Source of the DNA: Lytechinus pictus
Taxonomy: Eukaryota
Assembly: GCF_037042905.1 (NCBI RefSeq)
Contig: NC_087247.1
Location: 1,798,001 to 1,862,000 of the forward strand
Length of the DNA stretch: 64,000 bases
Direction: 5' to 3'
Shown one piece after another: positions 15,001 through 27,147 of the stretch. The notes under the pieces were generated by a model. It was not told the DNA's origin and did not search any database. It was given only the letters and a program-made list of their open reading frames with translations. The first letter of the stretch is position 1. Each line of letters starts with the position of its first letter. Made by a program: the position numbers and the translations under genes.

Positions 15001-18000
15001 GAAGGATGAAACGTTCTCAATATAAGGAAGTAAATGTTCTCAATATAAGGAGGTAAAAGTCATTAATATAAGATGAAAACTTCCTTAATAAAAGCATCCT
15101 CAATATAAGGAAATAAACGTTCTCAATATGAAAACATCCTTATTTTAAGAGAAAAAAAATCCTCAATATAAGGAAGGAATGTCCTCATTATAAGGAGGTA
15201 AAAACTTCTTTAATAGTAGAAGGATGAAACGTCCTCAATATAAGGAAGAAACGTTCTCATTATAAGGAACTAAACGTTCTCAATATAAAAACATCCTTAT
15301 TTTAAGAGAAAAAATCCTCAATATAAGGAAGAAACGTTCTCATTATAAGGAGGTAAAGGTCCTGTACATTAACGTTCTCAATATAAGGAAGAAATGTCCT
15401 CATTATAAGGAGGTAAAAACTTCTTTAATAGAAGGAAGAAACGTTCTCATTATTATAAGGAGGTAAAGGTCCTGTACGTTAACGTTCTCAATATAAGGAA
15501 GTAAATGTTCTCAATATAAGGAAGAATTGTCCCTGTTATAAGGAAGTAAATGTTCTCAATATAAGGAAGAAATATCCTCGTTATAAAGAAGTAAATGTTC
15601 TCAATATAAGGAAGAAATGTCCTGTTATAACGAGGTAAATGTTCTCGTTATAAAGAAGTAAATGTTCTCGTTATAACGAGATAAATATCCTCGTTAGAAC
15701 GAGGTAAATGTTCTCGTTATAAAGAAGTAAATGTTTTCGTTATAACGAGATAAATATCCTCGTTATAACGAGATAAATATCCTCGTTATAACGAGGTAAA
15801 TGTTCTCGTTATAACGAGATAAATATCCTCGTTATAACGACATAAATATCCTCGTTATAACGAGGTAAATGTTCTCGTTATAAAGAAGTAAATGTTCTCG
15901 TTATAACGAAATAAATATCCTCGTTATAACGAGGTAAATGCTCTCGTTATAACGAGGTAAATGTCTCGTTATAAAGAAGTAAATGTTCTCGTTATAACGA
16001 AGTAAATATCCTCGTTATAACGAGGTAAATGTTCTCATTATAAGGAGGTAAATGTCCTTAATATAACAAAGTAAATATCCTCGTTATAACGAGAATATTA
16101 ACTTCCTTGTAACGAGAGGTAAAAACTTCTTTAATAGAAAGATGAAACGTTCTCAATATAAGGAGGTAAAGGTCCTGTACGTTAAAGTTCTCAATATAAG
16201 ATAGTAAATGTTCTCAATATAAGGAAGAAACGTTCTCAATATAAGGAAGAAATGTCCTCATTATAAGGAGGGAACGGTCCTTTAATTTAAGAGAAGAGCA
16301 TCCTCAATTTAAGGAAGAAACTTCCTCAATATAAAGAAGTAGAGGTCCTTAATATTATTACGACGAACCTTCCTTAATAAAAGAGAAAACATTCTCAATC
16401 TAAGAGAAAACGTCCTCATTATAAGGAGGTAAAAACTTATTTAATAGTAGAAGGATGAAACGTCCTCAATATAAGGAAGAAACGTTCTCATTATAAGGAA
16501 ATAAACGTTCTCAATATAAAAACATCCTTATTTTAAGAGAAAAAATCCTCAATATAAGGAAGAAATGTTCTCATTATAAGGAGGTAAAGGTCCTGTACAT
16601 TAACTTTCTCAATATAAGGCAGTAAATGTTCTCAATATAAGGAAGTAAGTATTCTCAATATAAGGAAGAAATGTCCTCATTATAAGGAGGTAAAAACTTC
16701 TTTAATAGAAGGAAGAAACGTTCTCATTATAAGGAGGTAAAGGTCCTGTACGTTAACGTTCTCAATATAAGGAAGTAAATGTTCGTAATATAAGGAAGAA
16801 TTGTCCCTGTTATAAGGAAGTAAATGTTCTCAATATAAGGAAGAAATATCCTCGTTATAAGGAGGTAAATGTTCTCAATATAACGAAGTAAATGTTCTCA
16901 ATATAAGGAAGAAATGTCCTGTTATAAAGAAGTAAATGTTCTCAATATAAGGAAGAAATGTCCTGTTATAACGAGGTAAATGTTCTCGTTATAAAGAAGT
17001 AAATGTTCTCGTTATAACGAAGTAAATATCCTCGTTATAACGAGGTAAATGTTCTCGTTATAACGAAGTAAATATCCTCGTTATAAAGAGGTAAATGCTC
17101 TCGTTATAACGAGGTAAATGTTCTCGTTATAAATAAGTAAATGTTCTCGTTATAACGAAGTAAATATCCTCGTTATAACGAGGTAAATGTTCTCGTTATA
17201 ACGAAGTAAATATCCTCGTTATAACGAGGTAAATGTTCTCGTTACAAGGAAGTTAATATTCTCGTTATAACGAGGTAAACGTTCTCAAGGAGGTAAATGT
17301 CCTTAATATAACACAGTAAATATCCTCGTTATAACGAGAATATTAACTTCCTTGTAACGAGAGGTAAAAACTTTTTTAATAGAAGGATGAAACGTTCTCA
17401 ATATAACGAAGTAAATGTTCTCAATATAACAAAGAAAATGTCCTCGTTATAAGGAGGTAAATGTTCTCAATATAAGAAAGAAACGTTCTCAATATAACGA
17501 GGTAAATGTTCTCGTTACAAGGAAGTTAATATTCTCGTTATAACGAGGTAAACGTTCTCAAGGAGGTAAATGTCCTTTTTATAACAAAGTAAATATCTTC
17601 GTTATAACGAGAATATTAACTTCCTTGTAACGAGAGGTAAAAACTTCTTTAATAGAAGGATGAAACGTTCTCAATATAAGGAAGTAAACGTTCTCAATAT
17701 GAAAACATCCTTATTTTAAGAGAAAAAATCCTCAATATAAGGAAGGAACGTTCTCAATATAAGGAGGTAAAGGTCCTGTACGTTAACGTTCTCAATATAA
17801 GGAAGTAAATGTTCTCAATATAAGGAAGAATTGTCCCTGTTATAAGGAAGTAAATGTTCTCAATATAAGGAAGAAACGTCCTCGTTATAAGGAGATAAAA
17901 ACTTCTTTAATAGTAGAAGGATGAAACGTCCTCAATATAAGGAAGAAACGTTCTTTAATATTGTAGGGAAGAAACATCCTCAATATAAGGAAGTAACGCT

Positions 18001-21000
18001 CTCAATATAAGGAAGTAACGTTCTCAATATAAGGAGGTAAAGGTCCTTAATATAAGATAAAAACAGGTAAAGGTCCTGTACGTTAACGTTCTCAATATAA
18101 AGAAGAAATGTTCTCAATATAAGGAGGTAAATGTCCTGTACGTTAACGTTCTCAATATAAGGAAGTAAATGTTCTCAATATAAGATAGAAACGTTCTCAA
18201 TATAAGGAAGAAATGTCCTCATTGTAAGGAGGTAAAAACTTCTTTAATAGAAGGATGAAAAGTTCTCAATATAAGGAAGTAAATGTTCTCAATATGAGGA
18301 GGTAAAAGTCATTAATATAAGATGAAAACTTCCTTAATAAAAGCATCCTCAATATAAGGAAATAAACGTTCTCAATATGAAAACATCCTTATTTTAAGAG
18401 AAAAAATCCTCAATATAAGGAGGGAATGTCCTCATTATAAGGAGGTAAAAACTTCTTTAATAGTAGAAGGATGAAACGTCCTCAATACAAGGAAGAAACG
18501 TTCTCATTATAAGGAAATAAACGTTCTCAATATAAAAACATCCTTATTTTAAGAGAAAAAATCCTCAATATAAGGAAGAAATGTTCTCATTATAAGGAGG
18601 TAAAGGTCCTGTACATTAACTTTCTCAATATAAGGCAGTAAATGTTCTCAATATAAGGAAGTAAGTATTCTCAATATAAGGAAGAAATGTCCTCATTATA
18701 AGGAGGTAAAAACTTCTTTAATAGAAGGAAGAAACGTTCTCATTATAAGGAGGTAAAGGTCCTGTACGTTAACGTTCTCAATATAAGGAAGTAAATGTTC
18801 GTAATATAAGGAAGAATTGTCCCTGTTATAAGGAAGTAAATGTTCTCAATATAAGGAAGAAATATCCTCGTTATAAGGAGGTAAATGTTCTCAATATAAC
18901 GAAGTAAATGTTCTCAATATAAGGAAGAAATGTCCTGTTATAAAGAAGTAAATGTTCTCAATATAAGGAAGAAATGTCCTGTTATAACGAGGTAAATGTT
19001 CTCGTTATAAAGAAGTAAATGTTCTCGTTATAACGAAGTAAATATCCTCGTTATAACGAGGTAAATGTTCTCGTTATAACGAAGTAAATATCCTCGTTAT
19101 AAAGAGGTAAATGCTCTCGTTATAACGAGGTAAATGTTCTCGTTATAAATAAGTAAATGTTCTCGTTATAACGAAGTAAATATCCTCGTTATAACGAGGT
19201 AAATGTTCTCGTTATAACGAAGTAAATATCCTCGTTATAACGAGGTAAATGTTCTCGTTACAAGGAAGTTAATATTCTCGTTATAACGAGGTAAACGTTC
19301 TCAAGGAGGTAAATGTCCTTAATATAACACAGTAAATATCCTCGTTATAACGAGAATATTAACTTCCTTGTAACGAGAGGTAAAAACTTTTTTAATAGAA
19401 GGATGAAACGTTCTCAATATAACGAAGTAAATGTTCTCAATATAACAAAGAAAATGTCCTCGTTATAAGGAGGTAAATGTTCTCAATATAAGAAAGAAAC
19501 GTTCTCAATATAACGAGGTAAATGTTCTCGTTACAAGGAAGTTAATATTCTCGTTATAACGAGGTAAACGTTCTCAAGGAGGTAAATGTCCTTTTTATAA
19601 CAAAGTAAATATCTTCGTTATAACGAGAATATTAACTTCCTTGTAACGAGAGGTAAAAACTTCTTTAATAGAAGGATGAAACGTTCTCAATATAAGGAAG
19701 TAAACGTTCTCAATATGAAAACATCCTTATTTTAAGAGAAAAAATCCTCAATATAAGGAAGGAACGTTCTCAATATAAGGAGGTAAAGGTCCTGTACGTT
19801 AACGTTCTCAATATAAGGAAGTAAATGTTCTCAATATAAGGAAGAATTGTCCCTGTTATAAGGAAGTAAATGTTCTCAATATAAGGAAGAAACGTCCTCG
19901 TTATAAGGAGATAAAAACTTCTTTAATAGTAGAAGGATGAAACGTCCTCAATATAAGGAAGAAACGTTCTTTAATATTGTAGGGAAGAAACATCCTCAAT
20001 ATAAGGAAGTAACGCTCTCAATATAAGGAAGTAACGTTCTCAATATAAGGAGGTAAAGGTCCTTAATATAAGATAAAAACAGGTAAAGGTCCTGTACGTT
20101 AACGTTCTCAATATAAAGAAGAAATGTTCTCAATATAAGGAGGTAAATGTCCTGTACGTTAACGTTCTCAATATAAGGAAGTAAATGTTCTCAATATAAG
20201 ATAGAAACGTTCTCAATATAAGGAAGAAATGTCCTCATTGTAAGGAGGTAAAAACTTCTTTAATAGAAGGATGAAAAGTTCTCAATATAAGGAAGTAAAT
20301 GTTCTCAATATGAGGAGGTAAAAGTCATTAATATAAGATGAAAACTTCCTTGATAAAAGCATCCTCAATATAAGGAAATAAACGTTCTCAATATGAAAAC
20401 ATCCTTATTTTAAGAGAAAAAATCCTCAATATAAGGAGGGAATGTCCTCATTATAAGGAGGTAAAAACTTCTTTAATAGTAGAAGGATGAAACGTCCTCA
20501 ATACAAGGAAGAAACGTTCTTATTATAAGGAAATAAACGTTCTCAATATAAAAACATCCTTATTTTAAGAGAAAAAAATCCTCAATATAAGGAAGAAACG
20601 TTCTCATTATAAGGAGGTAAAGGTCCTGTACGTTAACGTTCTCAATTTAAGGAAGTAAATGTTTTCAATATAAGGAAGTAAGTATTCTCAATATAAGGAA
20701 GAAATGTCCTCATTATAAGGAGGTAAAAACTTCTTTAATAGAAGGAAGAAACGTTCTCATTATTATAAGGAGGTAAAGGTCCTGTACGTTAACGTTCTCA
20801 ATATAAGGAAGTAAATGTTCTCAATATAAGGAAGAATTGTCCCTGTTATAAGGAAGTAAATGTTCTCAATATAAGGAAGAAATATCCTCGTTATAAGGAG
20901 GTAAATGTTCTCGATATAACGAAGTAAATGTTCTCAATATAAGGAAGAAATGTCCTGTTATAAAGAAGTAAATGTTCTCAATATAAGGAAGAAACGTTCT

Positions 21001-23432
21001 TTAATATTGTAGGGAAGAAACATCCTCAATATAAGGAAGTAACGTTCTCAATATAAGGAAGTAACGTTCTCAATATAAGGAGGTAAAGGTCCTTAATATA
21101 ACGAAGTAAATGTTCTCAATATAAGGAAGAAATTTCCTGTTATAAAGAAGTAAATGTTCTCAATATAAGGAAGAAATGTCCTCGTTATAAGGAGATAAAA
21201 ACTTCTTTAATAGTAGAAGGATGAAACGTCCTCAATATAAGGAAGAAACGTTCTTTAATATTGTAGGGAAGAAACATCCTCAATATAAGGAAGTAACGCT
21301 CTCAATATAAGGAAGTAACGTTCTCAATATAAGGAGGTAAAGGTCCTTAATATAAGATAAAAACAGGTAAAGGTCCTGTACGTTAACGTTCTCAATATAA
21401 GGAAGAAATGTTCTCAATATAAGGAAGTAAATGTTCTCAATATAAGGAAGAAACGTTCTCAATATAAGGAAGAAATGTCCTCATTATAAGGAGGGAACGG
21501 TCCTTTAATTTAAGAGAAGAGCATCCTCAATTTAAGGAAGAAACTTACTCAATATAAAGAAGTAGAGGTCCTTAATATTATTACGACGAACCTTCCTTAA
21601 TAAAAGAGAAAACATTCTCAATCTAAGAGAAAACGTCCTCATTATAAGGAGGTAAAAACTTCTTTAATAGAAGGATGAAACGTTCTCAATATAAGGAAGT
21701 AAATGTTCTCAATATAAGGAGGTAAAAGTCATTAATATAAGATGAAAACTTCCTTAATAAAAGCATCCTCAATATAAGGAAATAAACGTTCTCAATATGA
21801 AAACATCCTTATTTTAAGAGAAAAAAATCCTCAATATAAGGAAGGAATGTCCTCATTATAAGGAGGTAAAAACTTCTTTAATAGTAGAAGGATGAAACGT
21901 CCTCAATTTAAGGAAGAAACGTTCTCATTATAAGGAAATAAACGTTCTCAATATAAAAACATCCTTATTTTAAGAGAAAAAATCCTCAATATAAGGAAGA
22001 AACGTTCTCATTATAAGGAGGTAAAGGTCCTGTACATTAACGTTCTCAATATAAGGCAGTAAATGTTCTCAATATAACGAAGTAAGTTTTCTCAATATAA
22101 GGAAGAAATGTCCTCATTATAAGGAGGTAAAAACTTCTTTAATAGAAGGAAGAAACGTTCTCATTATAAGGAGGTAAAGGTCCTGTACTTTAACGTTCTC
22201 AATATAAGGAAGTAAATGTTCTCAATATAAGGAAGAATTGTCCCTATTATAAGGAAGTAAATGTTCTCAATATAAGGAAGAAATATCCTCGTTATAAGGA
22301 GGTAAATGTTCTCAATATAACGAAGTAAATGTTCTCAATATAAGGAAGAAATGTCCTGTTATAAAGAAGTAAATGTTCTCAATATAAGGAAGAAATGTCC
22401 TGTTATAAAGAAGGAAATGTTCTCAATATAAGGAAGAAACGTTCTTTAATATTGTAGGGAAGAAACATCCTCAATATAAGGAAGTAACGTTCTCAATATA
22501 AGGAAGTAACGTTCTCAATATAAGGAGGTAAAGGTCCTTAATATAAGATAAAAACAGGTAAAGGTCCTGTACGTTAACGTTCTCAATATAAGGAAGAAAT
22601 GTTCTCAATATAAGGAGGTAAATGTCCTGTACGTTAACGTTCTCAATATAAGGAAGTAAATGTTCTCAATATAAGAAAGAAACGTTCTCAATATAAGGAA
22701 GAAATGTCCTCATTATAAGGAGGGAACGGTCCTTTAATTTAAGAGAAGAGCATCCTCAATATAAGGAAGAAACTTCCTCAATTTAAAGAAGTAGAGGTCC
22801 TTAATATTATTACGACGAACCTTCCTTAATAAAAGAGAAAACATTCTTAATTTAAGAGAAAACGTCCTCAATTTAAGGAGGTTAAGGTCCTTAATATAAG
22901 ATAAAAACATCCTTAACTTAAGAGAAAAAAATCTCAATATAAGAAAGTAAATGTTCTCAATGTAAGGAAGAAATGTCCTCATTATAAGGATGAAAATGTC
23001 CTCATTATAAGGAGGTAAAAGTCCTTAATTTAAGAGAAAAACATCCTCAATATAAGGAAGAAACGTTTTTAATTTAAGAGAAAAAAATCCTCAATATAAG
23101 GAAGAAACGTTCTCAATATAAAAACATCCTTAATTTAAGAGAAAAAAATCTCAATATAAGGAAGAAATGTCCTCATTATAAGGAGGTAAATGTCCTCATT
23201 ATAAGGAGGTAAAAGTCATTAATATGAGGAAGAAACTTCCTTAATAAAAGCATCCTCAATAAAAGGAAGAAATGTTCTCAATAAAAGGAAGTAAACGTCC
23301 TCAATATAAGGAGTTAAAGGTCCTCAATATAAGATAAAAAACATCCTGAATTTGAGAGAAAAAATCCTCAATATCAGGAAGAAACGTTCTTAATTTAAGA
23401 GAAAAAAATCCTCAATACAAGGAAGAAACGTT
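1..23432. repeat. Satellite DNA array (left end beyond window), 22/23-bp monomers with multi-kb higher-order duplications
   Basis: Continuous tandem variants of AATATAAGGAAGAAACGTTCTC (22 bp), AATATAAGGAAGTAAATGTTCTC (23 bp) and GTTATAACGAGGTAAATGTTCTC (23 bp). The landmark GGAGGGAACGGTCC recurs at 151, 1596, 4043, 4488, 5933, 7894, 8339, 10525, 10970, 12415, 14376, 14821, 16267, 21490 and 22719. The last recognisable monomer ends at ~23432. Confidence 0.97.
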
Positions 23433-23813
23433 TAATTTTTAATGGTTGAATGATTTTAATAACTGGACTAGAATAACAAGGAGGTCTCCTTGAGAATAAT
23501 AAATATTTTCATCGTACGAAAGAGTGGTGACCAATTACTAATTTTTCAACTGTCAAAATTCAGAGACGGTTGTGTTTCATTTTTAGCGCCCGCTCTTGTC
23601 GACTTTTTTTAAAGAAAAAGAATAACATATTTTATTCTCTTTCAAAGTTAGTAAATGGAGCTCATCATAACTGCTTTAGAGAATAATGTAGTCAGAATTG
23701 AAATAGTGAAAGATGCATTTGGGGTATATACCAAAGGAAAAGGCACGCTTTTACTTAACGTTTAGCATTTAAAAAAATGCACAGGAAGGGGAAAGCCTCA
23801 TGGCATTCATAAT

Positions 23814-24506
23814 GGGCCGTATGCATAAAAAGTAGCAATTGCTTGTGCTAGCCATTTACTTGAATCCGTATGCATAAACATAAGCAATTGCTTGCAAGCA
23901 AATGCTTTTGCTAGCAAGCACAAGCAATTGCTTGATGTCCGCAAGCAATTGCTTAAAGATCAAGCAATTGCTTAAAAACGTATGCATAAAACGAACCTTT
24001 TGCTTGTTCTTATAAGCAATTGCTTGCGTTTTTTCAAGCACCTCCAGACCAGCTTGAGCTCTTGCTTACTCATGGCATTCTCGTTTAAGAATTAAATTTT
24101 CATACCGTTTCAAGCTCCATATTCCAGAGGTTATGTTGTGATTTCATATCTAATCAAATTCCTGTTATTTTAGACTTTTTACGGCAATTTTTGTCCATCG
24201 ATCTACACAGAAACCCCCTGATGCTCTGCGCTGTTTTCCCCCTATTTGCGTAGTAAAAAATACTTTTGCCAGGTCGGGAACGAAGCGTCGTTGTCCTACT
24301 GTGCGATGTTCGCACAACCGTAACGATCCTTTGTCCAACACATAAGCAATTGCTTAGGCAGTGCAAGCAAAAGGTTTCAGCACAAGCAAAAGCTTGTGCA
24401 TACGAATTTAAGCAATTGCTTGAACTTGCCCTTTTGCTTGACCAGCTCTTGCTTTTGCTTAAAGCATTTGCTTATAAGCAATTGCTTGTCTTTATGCATA
24501 CGGCCC
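23814..24506. mobile_element. Non-autonomous DNA transposon (MITE), PIF/Harbinger-like
   Basis: 16-bp terminal inverted repeats GGGCCGTATGCATAAA / TTTATGCATACGGCCC, with 3-bp AAT on both flanks (putative TSD). Nine subterminal copies of the palindrome AAGCAATTGCTT (one with a mismatch). No transposase ORF. Confidence 0.8.
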
Positions 24507-25458
24507 AATAATCATGTGAAAGACATAAAACGGGCTAAAATCGTTTAATGCATGTAGTTTGATTTACTCCTGAGCATAAACAGAGATAATAAATAAAATT
24601 CATGTCTGAAATTAATGAAGTCAGCAAATATTATACTAAATGCCTCATCACAAAGCTAGGGGTGGGGAAAAAAAAGTACAATAGTAATTCGTTGAAATAG
24701 ATTTAATCACAATATGAAACAATAACTTACCACAAACCCACATAAATCAAGGAAAAACAATGAAACTTTAAATCTGAAACAACATCATGATTGTCATCTC
24801 GTTCTCCCACTAGCTTCTACAGTAGTGTTGGTAATGAATAATGATGAAAAGGTTACTGTAAATATTTGATTGGTGTAAGGCAATAAGTCATGCGCGGTAA
24901 AAAAAATGCATAATATATAAATTGCTGAATAATAGCACGACGAAACCTGAAAAAAACAGTGAACTATACACATATAAGCACATGTAATCTGTTCGTTGAA
25001 AGGAGAAACTTGGTATTCATAAATAAGTCTACTTTCTGATTTTCTTTTTGAAATGTGTAAAATTATACAGTGATGCATTATGTAGATATACATGAAAAGT
25101 GAATAAAATTGTCGCTCTCCACCATCCAGCTACAAAAACTAGTCTCTTCTCTCTATAATGTCATATGGAATAAATCTACGGAGGCTATGCACCGGTTATT
25201 GATGTAGAGCTGAGATAGAAAAACAAACAAGTCCTATAGCGAACACATGCCAAATTTGTGATGCCCAGAGCGAGAAATCTATATAATTGTCGGCCATAAA
25301 AAGGAGTTGTACTTTTGGTCTACATCGAGTTAATTTGCAGTCGATATTATTGACACGTCTTACTATGTTTTAAAACCATGTTAATATGTGCTTATGTAAC
25401 TTTCTATTGAAAATGATTTTTTGATTTAACGATATTTCTTATTTGAGTTTGTCTTTAC

Positions 25459-25590
25459 ACCCCCCCCCCCCCATTCAACATCTTCCTCTCCCTCTCTCTC
25501 CATCACCCCCTCTCTCTCTCTCACTGCTTCTCTCTCTCTCTCTCTTCCTCCACTCAATCTCTAACTCTCCCTCATCACACCTCTCTCTTA
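25459..25590. repeat. Poly-C and degenerate (CT)n low-complexity tract
   Basis: C-run followed by imperfect CTCTCT repeats. Confidence 0.8.
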
Positions 25591-26292
25591 ATCGATCTAT
25601 TTATATATTCATTTATCTATCTCTCTATTTGATAAAATGTTCATTGTTGCTATTTTCGCGAGGTCAAATATTGTAACTATTTACAGAGCAAACCATATTA
25701 CCGAGCCACATTGTTTGGGTTGTTATGCTATATAGAATAATAATTTTATAACTATCATATTTTTGTATCGTCAATTTTCTTGTCACCTATCGATTCGGTT
25801 TGTTTGTGCCACTTTATTCAGTAATTAATGAATGCAGATTAACTCAGATCATTTGAATATCGATGATTAATCCTCAATATTCAAATGATTTCGCTTTGAC
25901 ACTCATCTGTGAGTTAGGCCTATACGTCCTCATTTTGAATAATAGTATTAATAATAGTTGGTATTTATTAAGCGCATAATAACTAATGTAGTTCTCTATG
26001 CGCTTGACAATTACGAACATACAAAATATAAATGTACCAATATAGAGTAAAAATTATTCAATTATAAACATTTTACTACCTCTGTTGGTTAATGTTATAT
26101 ACTTTGTTTAACTACTGAACATGTTTGGGTGAAGAAAAAAAACATGCCCGCAGATCTTATACCGAATGTATTCCACGTTAACACCTTTCAATATATATTT
26201 ATGGAATGTTGCACATGCATGCACATCAAAACTTGCGTCCATAAGAGCGAAAAGTGAAACCTCAACTGAAAGCAGGTACACCACTCGGGGGG

Positions 26293-26451
26293 GGGGGGCG
26301 TTTCATGAAAGGACTTGTCAGACGTTTTATCCGACAAGTCCCATTTTATCCGACAGTTACCATAGGAACAGTGCCTCTCAGCCAATCAAAATCATGGAAA
26401 GATGTCAGATCTGACAACTTGTCAGATGAAAATGTTGATGAAACGCTCCCC
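26293..26451. mobile_element. Short MITE (~160 bp) with imperfect terminal inverted repeats
   Basis: Left end GGGGGCGTTTCATGAA pairs with right end TTGATGAAACGCTCCCC. Internal inverted motifs ACTTGTCAGA / CGACAAGT / TCTGACAACT. Contains AGCCAATCA. Confidence 0.65.
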
Positions 26452-26499
26452 TGCAGCGCAACACCACTCCGTGGATACGCAGAAACTTTCAGCCAGTGA

Positions 26500-27034
26500 G
26501 CAGCCGCGCGTGAAGCAAGTTGATCATCAACTAGCCAATCAGCGACTTCCTTTGCTTGTCGCTAATTCAACCCACACAGTGTGTGTGCGAGACAGCTCCA
26601 CTACCCGTCTGTACTTTCAGTGCACTTCATAGATGACAACCCTGCTACGGAGAAAGTCTGGCGTGGGCAGGCTGGCTGTTGTGTGCCGTGTTGGTTCCTC
26701 TTTCGCAGCTATCATCTATAATCTCGCCCGTTGAATGCGTGTGGAGGTCATTTTCTAATGATTGCATACCAGAGAAATAAACGCACAAACAAACAGGGCC
26801 ATTCTTTGTTTGGATTAACCAACTTTACTCACTCGTTGCCTGAATAGATGTGGACCTAAGAACACTTTCAGTACATGCACTGGTCAAACAGCAAGCTCTG
26901 GCATTGGACTTCATCTTATTTTACTCGAAGATGATCGTGAGCTAGCATAATATAATTGAGCACGAAAGCTAGCAGTTGCAGTTGCACTTGGGCGACCGTG
27001 ATTTCTCACGTTACTTTTTACTGATTTGTATACC
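26500..27034 (+). promoter_or_regulatory. Putative proximal promoter and 5' leader of the EGF-repeat gene
   Basis: Locally GC/CpG-richer sequence upstream of a Kozak-context ATG. Good NF-Y-type CCAAT box TAGCCAATCAG at ~26532-26542 followed by an ETS-like ACTTCC. The TSS cannot be located from sequence alone. Confidence 0.45.
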
Positions 27035-27147
27035 ATGGAGCTATTATATTCAGTGAATACTCTCCTTGTTCTATTAGCCTGTTTCTGGTGTCAAGTGTCT
27101 TCTACCGGTGTACTTTCTTCAACAGGAATCAGTGTATGCCAATACAC
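27035..27147 (+). CDS. Coding exon 1 of a multiple-EGF-like-domain (MEGF10/11, CED-1/Draper/Nimrod-like) protein: signal peptide plus start of an EMI-like region
   Basis: ACCATGG start context. Translates MELLYSVNTLLVLLACFWCQVSSTGVLSSTGISVCQY(T), a hydrophobic signal-peptide-like N-terminus followed by a GxxVC motif. Ends at consensus donor AC|GTAAGT (phase 2), in frame with the exon at 55960. Confidence 0.8.

Noticed and set aside
21280-22982. Minus-strand ORFs RTFLPYIENIYFLIL... within the satellite
   Set aside because: These are translations of the 22+23-bp repeat. They are short, start at non-ATG codons, and have no splice or homology support.
1-23432. CRISPR-like array (short palindromic repeats)
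   Set aside because: Monomers are contiguous with no unique spacers, there are no cas genes, and the context is eukaryotic.
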